From: Okamejei kenojei
Taxonomy: Eukaryota
Direction: 5' to 3'
Length of the DNA: 64,000 nucleotides
Assembly (NCBI GenBank): GCA_035221665.1
Contig: CM069144.1
Location: 34,100,001 to 34,164,000 of the forward strand
Positions within the stretch are counted from its first letter, which is position 1. The number at the start of each line of letters is the position of its first letter. The notes under the pieces were generated by a model. It was not told the origin of the DNA, searched no databases, and worked only from the letters and a program-made list of their open reading frames with translations. Both the position numbers and the translations under genes were made by a program. Below, piece after piece: positions 52,245-64,000 of the stretch.

Positions 52245-54695
52245 TGACAATAGGCAATAGGTGCAGGAGTAGGCCATTCGGCCCCTCCAGCCATTCAATG
52301 TGATCATGGCTGATCATCCACAATTAGTACCCCATTCCTGCCTTCTTCCCATATCCCTGACTCTGCTATCTTTAACAGCCCTATCTAGCTCTCTCTTGAA
52401 AGTATCCAGAGAACCGGCCTCCACCACCCTCTGAGTCGGAGTATTCCATAGACTCACAACTGTGTGAAAAAATGTTTCCTCATCTCTGTTCTAAATGGCT
52501 TACCCCTTATTTGTAAACAGTGGCCCCTGGCTCTGGACTCCCCCAACATTTTGAACATGTTTCCTGCCTCTAGCGTGTCCAAACCCTTAATAATCTTATA
52601 TGTTTCAATAAGATCCTCCTCCCATCCTTCCAAACTCCAGAGTATACAAGCTCAGCCACTCCATTCTCTCAGCATATGACAGTCCTGCTATCCCAGGAAT
52701 TAACCTTGTAAACCTACACTGCACTCCCTCAATTGCAAGGATGTCCTTCCTCAAATTTGGAGACCAAAACTGCACACTTTACTCCAGGTGTGCTCACTAT
52801 GCCCGTACAACTGCAGAAGGACCTCTTTGCTCCTATACTCAACTCCTCTTGTTATGAAGGCCAACATGCCTTTCTTCACTGCCTGCTGTACCTACATGCT
52901 TACTTTCATTGACGGATGAACAAGGACCCCCAGATCCCGTTGTACTTCCCCTTTTCCCAACTTGACACCATTAAGATAACAATCTGCCTTCCTGTTCTTG
53001 CCACCAAAGTGGATAACCTCACATTTATCTACAGTAAACTGCATCTGCCATGCAACTGCCCACTCACCCAACCTGTCCAAGTCACCCTGCATTCTCATAG
53101 CATCCTCCTCACAGTTCACCCAGCATTTTGTCTTCTGCAAATTTGCTAATGTTACTTGTAATCCCTTCATCTAAATCATTAATGTATATTGTAAATAGCT
53201 GCAGTCCCAGCACTGAGCCCCACTGCCTGCCATTCTGAAAGGGCATTAATCCCTACTCTTTGTTTCCTGTCTGCCAACCAATGTTCTATCCATGTCAGCA
53301 CTCTACCCCCAATACCATGTGCCTTAATTTTGCCCACTAATCTCCTATGTGTGACCTTGTCAAATGCTTTCTGAAAGTCCAGGTACACTAGGTCCTGGGT
53401 CCCTTGTCCATTTGTCCTGTTCCAGGTCCCTTGTCCATTTTCCCAGTTACATCCTCAAAAAATTCCTAAAGATTACTCAAGCATGATTTCCCCTTCGTAA
53501 ATTCATGCTGACTCAGACCGATCCTGCCACTGCTATCCAAATGTGCCGCTATTTCATCTTTTATGATTGACTCCAGCAACTTCCCCACCACTGATGTCCG
53601 GCTAACTTGTCTATAATTCCCTGTTTTCTTTTTCCCACCTTTCTTAAAAAGTGGGATAACATTAGCTACCCTCTAATCCACAGGAACTGATCCTGAATCT
53701 ATAGAACATTGGAAAATGATCACCAATGCGTCCACGATTTCTAGAGCCACTTCCTCAAGTACAGGGGGATGCAGACCTTCAGGCCCTGGGGGTTTATCAG
53801 CCTTCAGTCCCATCAGTCTACCCAACACCATTTCCTGTCTAAAGTGGATTTCCTTCAGTTCCTCCAGATCCTCTGGCCACCAGAACATCAGGAAGATTGT
53901 TTGTGTCGTCCTTAGTGAAGACGGATCCAAAGTACCTGTTCAACTCATCTGCCATTTCCTTGTTTCCCATAATAAATTCACCCTTTTTTGTCATCAAGGG
54001 ACCAACTGGCCTTAACTAATATTTTCCTTTTCCATACCGAAATAAACTTTTACTATCGTTCTTTATATTCTTGGCTAGCTTACCTTCATACCTCATCTTT
54101 TCTCCCCTGTATTACCTTTTTAGTTATCTTTTGTTGCTCTTTAAATGTTACCCGATCCTCTGGCTTCCTGCTCATCTTTGCTGTGTTGTACTTTATTATT
54201 TTCATACTATCCCTGATTTCCCTTGTCAGCCATGGTCGCCCCTTACTCCCCTTGGAATCTTTCTTCATCTTTGGAATTAACTGATCCTGCACCTTCTGTA
54301 TTATTCCAAGAATTACCTGCCTTTGTTGTTCCACTGTCATTCCTGCTAGGGTATTGTTCCAGTCAACTTTGGCTAGCTCCTCCCTCCATAGTCCCCTCTG
54401 TTCAACTGTAATGCTAACACCTCCAATTTACCATTCTCCCTCTCAAATTGTAAATTAAAATATCATATTATGGTCACTTCGTCCTAATGGCACCTTAACC
54501 TCAAGTTCCCTTATCAAATCCGGTTCATTACACAACACTAAATCCAGAATTGCTTTCTCCCTGGTAGGCTTCAGTACAAGCTGCTCCAAGAATCCATCAC
54601 AAAGGCACTCCACAAACTCTCTTTCTTGGGGTCCAGTACCAACCTGATTTACCTGCAGATTGAAATCCCCCATAACAACTGTAGTTTTACCTTTG
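52245..54695 (-). mobile_element. CR1 LINE, ORF2 (EN through RT to 3' UTR) with deletions
   Basis: MGDFN, ILDLVLCNEP..RSDHNMI, PGPEGLHP, YLDFQKAFDKV, WQMQF..DKCEVIHFG; 3' tail caataggcaatagg. Confidence 0.92.
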
Positions 54696-55651
54696 GAAAG
54701 GTACTGGTGAAATACTACTGCTAATAAAAGGCTACAAGAGGATAGACCACATAAATGAAGATAAAACAGTAAAATCAGTGGTGGGAAAGTCATCAGGGAA
54801 AAAAAAGATAAAAGCTCTACAGATTAATCAAGGGTTGTTCGCATGAATGGTATATATAGTGGTTTTGCCAGATTCAGCATTGGCCAGCTCTTTAGACATA
54901 TCATAGATTTAGACAACTGTATGGGATCTAATTTAATTCCTTTGGAGGTAATACATTTATGCAATTTGTGTAGAGGTCGAAATCAATGAACTCATCAGAT
55001 TAGTATAAAAGTAACAAATGGAATTCAGTCCCGAAAGATGTAAGCATTTAACATGTCCAACATTAGAAGAAATTACAAAATAAACAGTAGAATATTGAAT
55101 AACACAAGTTTTGGAAGGAGTGTATGTATTACATACGAAGTGGTGTTGGAAAGAAATGGGATGAAAAAGAACAGGAAGTGACAAAATGAGTGAGATGGAG
55201 TAATGTGGAAAAATATTCATAAATCGTCCAGAGAAGGATAGGGATGGTATATATTTTTTAAAAAGCATGAAGAAATTGAAAGGAAAAGTAGCATTGGTCT
55301 GTTCAGTAGAAAATAGTAAGGCAGAAAACAAATAATGACATTGTTTAGAAGTGAGATTCTGCATGGAAACATGATTTTTGCTGCGATTTCAAAGGACAAA
55401 GTTGCTTAATATTTTCTTGCTAGTGTAAGAGAATTTTTCCTGGAGAAACTGGCTGCTTTGTTTATAAAACCCTCATAATTTTACTGCTTTTTGCTGGTTT
55501 TGGTATTTGCTGTTTGAACAGGAATGGGTTAAGAGTTAAAGTTAGGCAATTGATTATTAAAACACTTCTTTTTGCATTTCGGGGAAAATCGTATATTTAT
55601 ATAAAGTGGACTACAGTTGTTAATGTTAGAAGTTTTTTGTTTGATCCACAG

Positions 55652-55708
55652 GGCACAAAATTATGGATAATCATGGAATATCTTGGTGGAGGCTCTGCAT
55701 TAGACTTG
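55652..55708 (+). CDS. STK25: STK25 coding exon 3 (GTKLWIIMEYLGGGSALDL)
   Basis: ttgatccacag|GGC..TTG|gtaagt; 57 nt, phase 0/0; kinase hinge (subdomain V). Confidence 0.93.
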
Positions 55709-56221
55709 GTAAGTACACCTTTTAAATGTTTCCATTGTACTTTGTCTTAGTATGCCTTAACTCGGGTAGCTATTTTGAAATGATGCTACAGTACTACTAA
55801 AGCTTCACTGCAGACATGCGTTTGTTCAAAGACGGCTCGTTAACTGCTTTAATAGGTTACCTATTTGTATAGGTTAGCTATTTGTATATATGTATGTAGC
55901 CTGCTTGTGTATACTACTCTTATAACAAATGTAAAGCACTTTGGTCAACAAGAGTTGTTTTTTAAATGTGCTATATAAATAAAGGTGACTTGACCTGCTC
56001 TACCTGAATTATGTATATTTGTATATTTTAATATTTTAATATTTTCTGTTTTTGTTGCAATATTATATAGACTATCCAGGCTCAGGGTTCCCAATGATGC
56101 TAATTATTAATTTCACATTTTGCTAGGGCCTGGTTAGATAAATAGTGTACTCTGTTGCTGTGGATTTGAGCTTTTGGGTGGAATTTGCTGGACGGGCGAA
56201 AACAGATTTAAGGAAAGAAAC

Positions 56222-56815
56222 AAGACTGGAGATGCTGGAACCAGAAGCAAAATACAAATAGCTGGATGAACTCAGTAACTTGATCAGCATTGGAGGAGGT
56301 GATAGGATGATCAATGCTTTGTGTCTTGCATCAGGGCGAAGAGTATAGAAGGAAGGTTGCAAGTATATGGAAGTATGAGGAGGGGTGAGGCAGAAGCTGG
56401 TAGGTGATGGGTGTAATTAGATAAGGGAGGGATGAAGGGCAGATGAAGCTTGGTGGTGGATAGGATAAGTACATTGCAGTAATGTAGAATAAATCCAGTA
56501 AATATGTATGAGGGTGATGGCTAGGTGGAAACATGTGGGGGAGAGTAATGGATCTTGGTAATGACGAGGAGACAGAAGGGAGAAAGGTGAACAAAAAGAG
56601 AGAAACTGGGCATGGGGGGGGGGGGGGGTGTGAAGGAACATGGGCAATGAGTTACCTGAAATTGTAAAATTCATTGTTCATACCCTTTGGAATATAAGCT
56701 ACCCAAGCAGAATTTGAAATGGTTGTTCCTGTTTGCATCTGGCTTCACTATGACAATGGAGAGTGCTGATTATATCACATTGGTGTTGGAATGGGAAAGG
56801 GAATTGAAGTAACGA
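56222..56815 (-). mobile_element. Old Penelope 3' end / terminal repeat
   Basis: Minus strand reads GMNNEFYNFR* (~56652-56684), then a pyrimidine tract and degenerate terminal motif. Confidence 0.65.
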
Positions 56816-56819
56816 GCAT

Positions 56820-57725
56820 TTAAATCATTCCTCACTCACCTTAAACTTATGTCTGGTTCATGATCCCCTGACCCTGGGTAATAAAACTCTTGTGCATTCA
56901 TCAAATCAATCCCCTCATGATTTTATACAACTATTAGATCACCCTTCAGCCTCCTGTGTTCCAAGGAATATAGCCCTTGCTTACTCAATCTCCCCCTACA
57001 GCTCAGGCCCTCAAGCACTGTCAGCATCCTTGTAAATTGTCTCTGCACCTCTTCCAGCTTAATGACATCCTTCCTATAGCAGGGTGAGCAAAACTGAACT
57101 TACCACTGCAAATACGGCCTAACCACCATCTTGTACAACTAGAACATAACATCCCACCTTGTACCCTGACTATTGAAGACTAATGTACCAAAAGCTTTAC
57201 CACTATCTGCACGTGACAAAATTTTCAGCCTTCCACTACCATCCTCTGTTTCCTTCCATGAAATCAATTCTGTATCCAATCACCTAGCTCTCCCTGGATG
57301 CCATACGATCTATCCTTCCAGAGCAACCTACCTTGTGGATCATTATCAAATGCCTTACTGAACTCCATATAGACAACATCTACGACATTGCTCTTGTCAA
57401 ACTTCTTAATTATATCTTTTTTTTAAACCCAATCAAATTCGCGAGACACAATCTCCCACGTACAAAACTAATCAGCCTGTCTATCCAAATACATATATAT
57501 CTTATCCCTCAGAATCCTCTCCAGTAACTTAACTACCTTACTTACATGTTAGACTGGCTTTATGGTTCCCAGGCTTTCCTTGTGACTCTTAAATAGAGGC
57601 ACAACATTAGCCACCGTCCATGTCTAACGATGATTTGTATAGACATCTCTCACTTCCCGTAATGTCCTCTGATACATCTGATCAGACCCGGGAGATTTAT
57701 CTACCTTCATACTCCTTAGGACATC
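56820..57725 (-). mobile_element. Degenerate CR1-like LINE fragments
   Basis: Antisense remnants such as atgattttatacaactattagatcacccttcagcc, cagggtgagcaaaactg, gccttactgaactccatatagac. Confidence 0.6.
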
Positions 57726-57739
57726 TAACCTTGAAATGT

Positions 57740-58440
57740 GGGGAATGGAGGAGATGCGTGTGAGACCTCTCAACCATGGAAGAGGAGAAGCCATGTTACT
57801 TGAAGAAGAATGTTTCTAATGTGCAGAGTCTCATCTTAAGATCCGATGTAACAAGGATGGAGAAACGAAGAAAAAGGGAGATGGAGTACTGGGAGGTAGC
57901 TGTGGCAGCTGATAGTTTAAAGTAGATAGTTGTTCTCCCAAGGAGCCTGAGATAAAAAAAAGTTTCAGTGGTAATTCAGGTGAATTTGAGGGCCGAGTGA
58001 AACTTGGTGGCAAAGATGATAACATTGACAAGTTCCACGTGAGTGCAGGAGGTTTTACCTATTTAGTTATTGATGTAGGGTTGAAAGAGTTAGAAATGGG
58101 TGTCAGTGCAGATCTAGGATTGGTACACATGGCCAACGAAAATATGGGTGTAGCTGATTTGTAGAAAATGGGAAAAATTAAATGAGTTGTTGAGGGTCAG
58201 TATAATTCCTGCCATGTGGATGAGAGTATTGATGAAGAACTGTTGGGTCTATGTTCCAGTTATCTATGGAGATAGAGGTATACATGGACTGGACATCCAT
58301 AATTAAAATGCAGTGGTTGATACCAGAGAATTGGAAGTTGTCAAAATGGTGGAGGGCATTAAAGGTGTCCTAGGTGGGAAATGACAGGAAAAGTGGATGG
58401 TAAAGATATGAGATGCAGGCAGAACAATGTGTTTAACAGG
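57740..58440 (-). mobile_element. Degenerate Penelope RT fragment
   Basis: Minus strand MDVQSMYT (~58278-58300) and SYTHIFVGHV (~58125-58155), resembling Penelope RT motifs. Confidence 0.6.
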
Positions 58441-58881
58441 GCAGTCCTATTTGTGCATCTGTGATAAGAGGTAGAAGCAAGCAGAGTAAGTTTGGGGCTC
58501 TGGAAGCTACGGAGGGGAAAACTGATGTGACGAGAATTAAGGTATATCATAAACTATCCAGAGAAAAGATAGTGATGATACCTAAAATGGTATCTAAAAT
58601 TAAAGAAAACATGGCCTGCTACAGTACTAAACAAAATCTCATCACCTTTGCTGCCAGTTTTCACCCTGCTTTCATGATGTATCTCTGACTCCCTCAGTGC
58701 CACCTACTCAATCTCGCGGGATTGGTTAGCAGCTAATGTCCAATAAAAGCCCTTCAGTTCTGAGAGAGGCTTTTTGACCTGAAGTATTATCTCTGTTTCT
58801 CTTTCCACAGATGCTGCTTGACCGGCTGAATATTTAGATCTTTTTCTGTTTTAATCTATTACAACCCTGCAGACTCCCATA

Positions 58882-59392
58882 CAGTGCATTCAGAAAGTAT
58901 TCAGACCACTTCACTTTTTCCACATTTTGTTACGTTACAGCCTTATTCTAAAATGGATTACATTCTTTTTTTTTATCATCAATCTACACACAATACCCCA
59001 TAATAAAAAATCGAAAACAGGTTTAGAAAATTTTGCAAAATAATTAAAAATAAATAACTGAAATATTACCTTTACATAAATATTCAGACCCTTTACTCAG
59101 CACTTTGTTGAGGCACTTTTGACAGCGATTACAGCCTCGACTTCTTGGGTATGATGCTACAAGCTTGGCACACCTGTATTTGGAAACAGGATGAACCTAA
59201 GCTCAATTTTGAGTGTCATAGCAAAGGGTCTGAATGCTTATGTAAATGGATATTTCAGTTAATTCTTTTCAATTACTTTGCAAAAATTTCTAAACACCTC
59301 TTCACGCCGTGGTATTGTAAGTAGGTTGATGATAAAAACAATGAATCCATTTTAAAATAAGGCTGTAATGTAACAAAATGCTGAATGCATTG
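58882..59392. mobile_element. Tc1-like (IR/DR) deletion derivative
   Basis: TA|cagtgcattcagaaagtattcagacc ... ctgaatgcattg|TA; long imperfect TIRs (gttacagccttatt / aataaggctgtaa) and inner DRs (tattcagaccct / agggtctgaat). Confidence 0.88.
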
Positions 59393-59478
59393 TAGCTATC
59401 TTGAAAATTCCTCCTCACAATCTGCTTCCACCAAAGATTCTGTTCCATTTTCCTAGTTTTTCCTGTCTTTATTATGTA

Positions 59479-60385
59479 CTAGACCAGGTGGGACCCGTTG
59501 GGTCCCTGTCACACGGGAGGCCTGGTCCCCCAACGCAACCCATTCCCCAACGTAATATTCCACCACTAACCCACAACCCCCACAGGAGGCGTGCTCCCCC
59601 AACTGAACCCGTTCCCGAATGTAAGATTCCAGCACTCCGCTGCCTCCCTCAGCAGTGGACTTAAAAAAAAATTCTAATTGCACTTCCTACCGCAGCAGTT
59701 CCAATTGCAATACCAATGCCCCCTCTCCCCCCCCCCCCCTTAAGCACTTGGTGTGATATTCCATTGAGATGAAAAGTTCAATGTTCCTGTATGCAACTTT
59801 GTATCGAAGTGTGTTGAAAGCTGTCGGGAAAGATTTTAACGGTAAAAATCTTGTTAAAGTTGGCATTTTTAAAGCTTTAATCATAAATAACTTGTGAAAT
59901 ATAGCACAATCACTGGAAGCTCCTGGAAAAAGGTTATTTGTGAGAAGCTGCGGTTACTGTTGGCAACGTCCCATTGTGATGTCATTGTGGCATTCGGCAG
60001 CTTGAAAGCCCATTGTGATTGGTGCAATGAGTGGCATTGTGACATCACTGGAAGCTGCTGATAAAAGGCTCTCTGAGAAGCTGCAGTTACCGTTGGCAAC
60101 GTCCCATTGTGATGTCATTTGTAAATGAGATCCATTGTGATTGGACGTCTGTGGAATGGCATTGTGACATCATCACTGGAAGCTGCTGGAAAAAGGGTCT
60201 CGGTGAGAAGCGTTTTTTGGCTTTTTTTTAACGTGAAATATAGGATGAAATCCTAAATGAACCCGAGTATGGCGTGGACGGGAAAAATGTGTTAGAATAT
60301 GTAAAAATGTAAGCGCATATGCGTAGCATTTTGAGGAAGATACAAAAACATACACGCACACAAGATGAGACTTCTAGTAGAAAGA
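59479..60385 (-). mobile_element. Non-autonomous Helitron, complete (907 bp), with internal ~130 bp tandem repeats
   Basis: Minus strand A|TCtttctactagaagtctcatcttg ... gggacccaacgggtccc hairpin + acctggtCTAG|T; repeat units tcactggaagct.. at ~59910, 60045, 60172. Confidence 0.85.
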
Positions 60386-60578
60386 TTTTCCAATGACGAT
60401 ACATCTGCCCATGCTTCTGAGATGCTTTTCCATATTCTAAAACAACAGCTTCCCTGTTGTTTTTCCCTTCACGTATGCTCCCTGGCCTGCTTGGTCACTG
60501 ATCTGTCTGTTCCCACATTTGTACACAATTCTGCCACTTGGAGCAAGGATAGGTTCCCCTTTTCCTCGTTTTCCACAA

Positions 60579-61783
60579 GTGGATAAGGGAGAAGCAGTGG
60601 ATGTGTTATATCTGGACTTTCGACATAAGAGATTAGCATACAAACTTAAAGCACACGGTATTGGGGGTTCAGTATTGATGTGGATGGAGAACTAGCTGGC
60701 AGACAGGAAGCAAAGAGTAGGAGTAAATGGGTCATTTTCAGAATGGCAGGCAGTGACTAGTGGGGTACTGCGAGGCTCAGTGCTGGGACCCCAGCTATTT
60801 ACAATATATATTAATGATTTGGATGAGGGAATTGAATGCAACATCTCCAAGTTTGCATTTGACACGAAGCTGGGGGACAGTGTTAGCTGTGAGGAGGATG
60901 CTAGGAGACTGCAAGGTGACTTGGATAGGTTGGGTGAGTGGGCAAATGCATGGCAGATGCAGTATAATGTGGATAAATGTGAGATTATCCACTTTGGCAG
61001 CCAAAGCAGGAGGGTAGACTATTATCTGAATGGTGGTCGATTAGGAAAAGGGGAGATGCAACGAGACCTGGGTGTCGTGGTACACCAGTCATTGAAAGTA
61101 GGCATGCAGGTGCAGCAGGCTGTGAAGAAAGTGAATGGTATGTTGGCATTCATAGCAAAAGGATTTGAGTACAAGAGCAGGGAGGTTCTACTGCAGTTGT
61201 ACAGGGCCTTGGTGAGGCCACACCTGGAGTATTGCGTACAGTTTTGGTCTCCTATTCTGAGGAAAGACATTCTTGCCATAGAAGGAGTACAAAGAAGATT
61301 CGCCAGACTGATTCCTGGGATGGCGGGACTTCCATATGAAGAAAGACTGGATAGACTCGGCTTGTACTTGCTGGAATTTAGGAGATTGAGGGGGGATCTT
61401 ATAGAGACTTACAAAATTCTTAAGGGGTTGGACAGGCTAGATGCAGGAAGATTGTTCCCGATGTTGGGGAACTCCAGAACAAGTGGTCACAGTCTAAGGA
61501 TAAGGGGGAAGTCTTTTAGGACCGAGATGAGAAGATCATTTTTCACACAGAGAGTGGTGAGTCTGTGGAATTCTCTGCCTCAGAAGGTAGTTGAGGCCTG
61601 TTCATTGGCTATATTTAAGAGGGAGTTGGATGTGGCCCTTGTGGCTAAAGGGATCAGGTGGTATGGAGAAAAGGCAGGTACAGGATACTAAGTTGGATGA
61701 TCAGCCATGATCATATTGAATGGCGGTGCAGGCTCGAAGGGCCGAATGGCCTACTCCTGCACCTATTTTCTATGATTCTATGA
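60579..61783 (+). mobile_element. CR1 LINE 3' portion with 312-aa open RT C-terminal frame and 3' UTR
   Basis: ORF 60753-61691 (GSVLGPQLF, KFAFDTKL with the catalytic DD altered, RPHLEYCVQFWSP); tail ttctatgattctatga. Confidence 0.93.
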
Positions 61784-61799
61784 AATGTATTGACAAATC

Positions 61800-63300
61800 A
61801 TAGCATTCATTATTCTCTTATGTCAAGAGGGGTAGTAAACCCCTTAATTCGTAAGGGTTTACCATTCAAACATATCCCATCTATCATTGATAGCAATGGT
61901 AGATATGTTATATTAGTGGGCGAATTGCACTCAACAAGATTGATATTGGTTAACATCTATGCACCAAACTTTGATAACCCGTTATTTTTTAAGAAAATAT
62001 TTAATACTATCCCAGAATTCGGACAGTATAATTTGATAATTGGAGGAGATTTAAATTGCACATTAGATCCCTATTTGGACAGATTGTCAATTCAAAAGAA
62101 AGTAAAATCCAAGACGTGTGAACTATTAAATTCATACATAAACACTGCGAATATTAAAGATGTTTGGAGAATTTGAAAATCCCTCGGGCCGAGAGTGTTC
62201 ATTTTATTCTCCCGTGCACAAAATTTACTCAAGAATTTATTATTTCTTAGAGGACTACAAAATTATTCCTTATACATATAATTCAAAATATCATAACATT
62301 ATTATTTCCGATCATTCCCCCTTAACTTTTATGGTAAAAGTACAAGGAATATCGGAGAACCAGACACACTCGAAATTCAACCATTCAATTCTAAATGACA
62401 GGGTATGTTATGACAGTCTCAACACGCAGATTAAAATGTTTTTTCAAATGAATGTCCTTCCAGAAATATCTGCTTCCCTTCTCTGGGAAAGCTTGCATTT
62501 CAAGCTTCTCAAAACAAGAAGGACCGAGCTAAACAACATGAATTAGAAAGAGAGATAAGACAGACATAGAAAATGCGATCGCTCCTTCTATGATAAAATA
62601 TAACAAAATTGCTGCTCTCAAATATAGGTTAAATCATATACTCTCAACTCAATTCTTAAGGCTATTCCAGCATACTAAACAAATACACTTTGAATTTGGC
62701 GACAAACCACAGAAATTGTTAGCTTGTCAACTCCGCAAATTAGAGGGCAAATGAACAATCTGCAAAATCAGATCAGATAACGGAGATTTGCTCACACTAC
62801 CCAAGGACATTAATGATAGATTCTTGCAATATTATCAGACACTATACTCAGCAAAAACAACAGACACCTCAGTGAACATGCAACATATTTTGCAGAAATG
62901 CAACCTCTCAGGTTTAAATGAGAGAGATAGAGATTTTTTGGGTGCAAAAATAACATTAACAGATATTGAAGAAACTATCAAATCTCTGAAAAATGGGATG
63001 ACCCCTGGCTCCGACGGTTTGAACAATGATGTCAATTTTTGCACAAATAAATTAGTGACTTGGTCTCCCCACGTTTACAGACTTTATATAGCTACGCTTT
63101 CAAACAACAGATATTGCCACAAACTCTGACTGAATCAACAATAACACTTATTCCAAAAAAAGATAAGGATCTTGAAGACCCTGGCTCGTACAGAGCCATA
63201 GCCCTCTTAAACACTGATCAGAAGATACTAGCCATAATCCTAGCTCACAGATTAAGTTTGGTGATCCACAAGTTAATACATCCTGAACAATCAGGTTTTA
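61800..63300 (+). mobile_element. L1-clade ORF2 fragment (EN to start of RT), older relative of 46031-50296
   Basis: NIYAPNFD, IIGGDLNC, SDHSP, FEFGDKP, PGSDG, YRAIALLNTDQKIL, EQSGFI. Confidence 0.9.
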
Positions 63301-64000
63301 TCAGGATAAATGCGTGGCTGAGGGACTGGTGCAGTGGGCAGGGATTCAGGTTTCTTGATCACTGGGACCTCTTTTGGGGAAGGCATGATCTGTACACAAG
63401 GGACGGGTTGCACTTGAGCCCGAGGGGGACCAATATCCTGGCAGGGAGATTTGCAAAGGCTACTGGGGAGACTTTAAACTAGAAAGGCTGGGGGGAGGGA
63501 CTCGGGTAGAGGGGGCTAGGGGTCAGGGTGTGGGGCAAGAGGCAGAGAAGGGAAGCACTCGGATCCAAAATGTAGGCGAGAAAGATGAAAAAGATAATAG
63601 ACCGAGAATAAGGGATGGTGGGTTTCTAAAATGTGTATATTTTAATGCTAGGAGCATTGTAAGTAAGGCGACGAACTTAGAGCCTGGATTGACACCTGGA
63701 AATATGATGTTGTGGCAATCAGTGAAACATGGTTGCAGGAGGGCTGTGATTGGAAACTAAATATTCCAGGATTTCGTTGCTTCAGGTGTGATAGAATTGG
63801 AGGGACCAGAGGGGAGGTGTTGCATTGCTTGTCAGAGAAGATATTACAGCAGTGCTTTGGCAGGATAGATTAGAGGGCTCATCTAGGGAGGCTATTTGGG
63901 TGGAACTGAGAAGTGGGAACGGTGTAGCAACACTTTTTAGGGGTGTATTATAGACCGCCAAATGGGGAGCGTGAATTGGAAGAGCAAATATGTAAGGAGA
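63301..64000 (+). mobile_element. CR1 LINE: ORF1 SGNH-esterase C-terminus and start of ORF2 endonuclease
   Basis: INAWLRDWCSGQGFRFLDHWDLFWGRHDLYTRDGLHLSPRGTNIL (to 63482), then LKCVYFNARSI, VAISETW, GGVALLV, YYRPPN. Confidence 0.9.

Overview
Repeat-dense vertebrate genomic DNA, most likely from a cartilaginous fish such as a skate or ray (inferred from the HE1/V-SINE, Deu-core SINE, CR1, Penelope and DIRS repertoire). The only host gene I can support is the 5' part of the STE20-family kinase STK25 (SOK1/YSK1) on the + strand. It has a CpG-island promoter (~25.8-26.55 kb) and three coding exons (26202-26231, 45613-45843, 55652-55708), the second followed by a non-canonical GC-AG intron. The remaining recognisable sequence is mobile DNA: many CR1 fragments, two L1-clade copies (one 4.3 kb with TSD and polyA), Rex1/Babar fragments, three DIRS tyrosine-recombinase retrotransposons (two joined head-to-tail at a circle-junction-like sequence), non-autonomous Helitrons (some in tandem), a Tc1 deletion derivative, a Harbinger-like MITE and SINEs. 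The most striking non-coding signal is about 10 short Penelope-terminus insertions carrying a minimal type-I hammerhead ribozyme motif (CUGAAGA-A-GGGU/CUCG/ACCC-GAAAC-GUC), three with their own target-site duplications. Roughly 8.9-24.7 kb and 35.4-37.3 kb look like poorly polished long-read consensus, so frameshifts there are unreliable. Family assignments come from motif recognition only; no database search was run.
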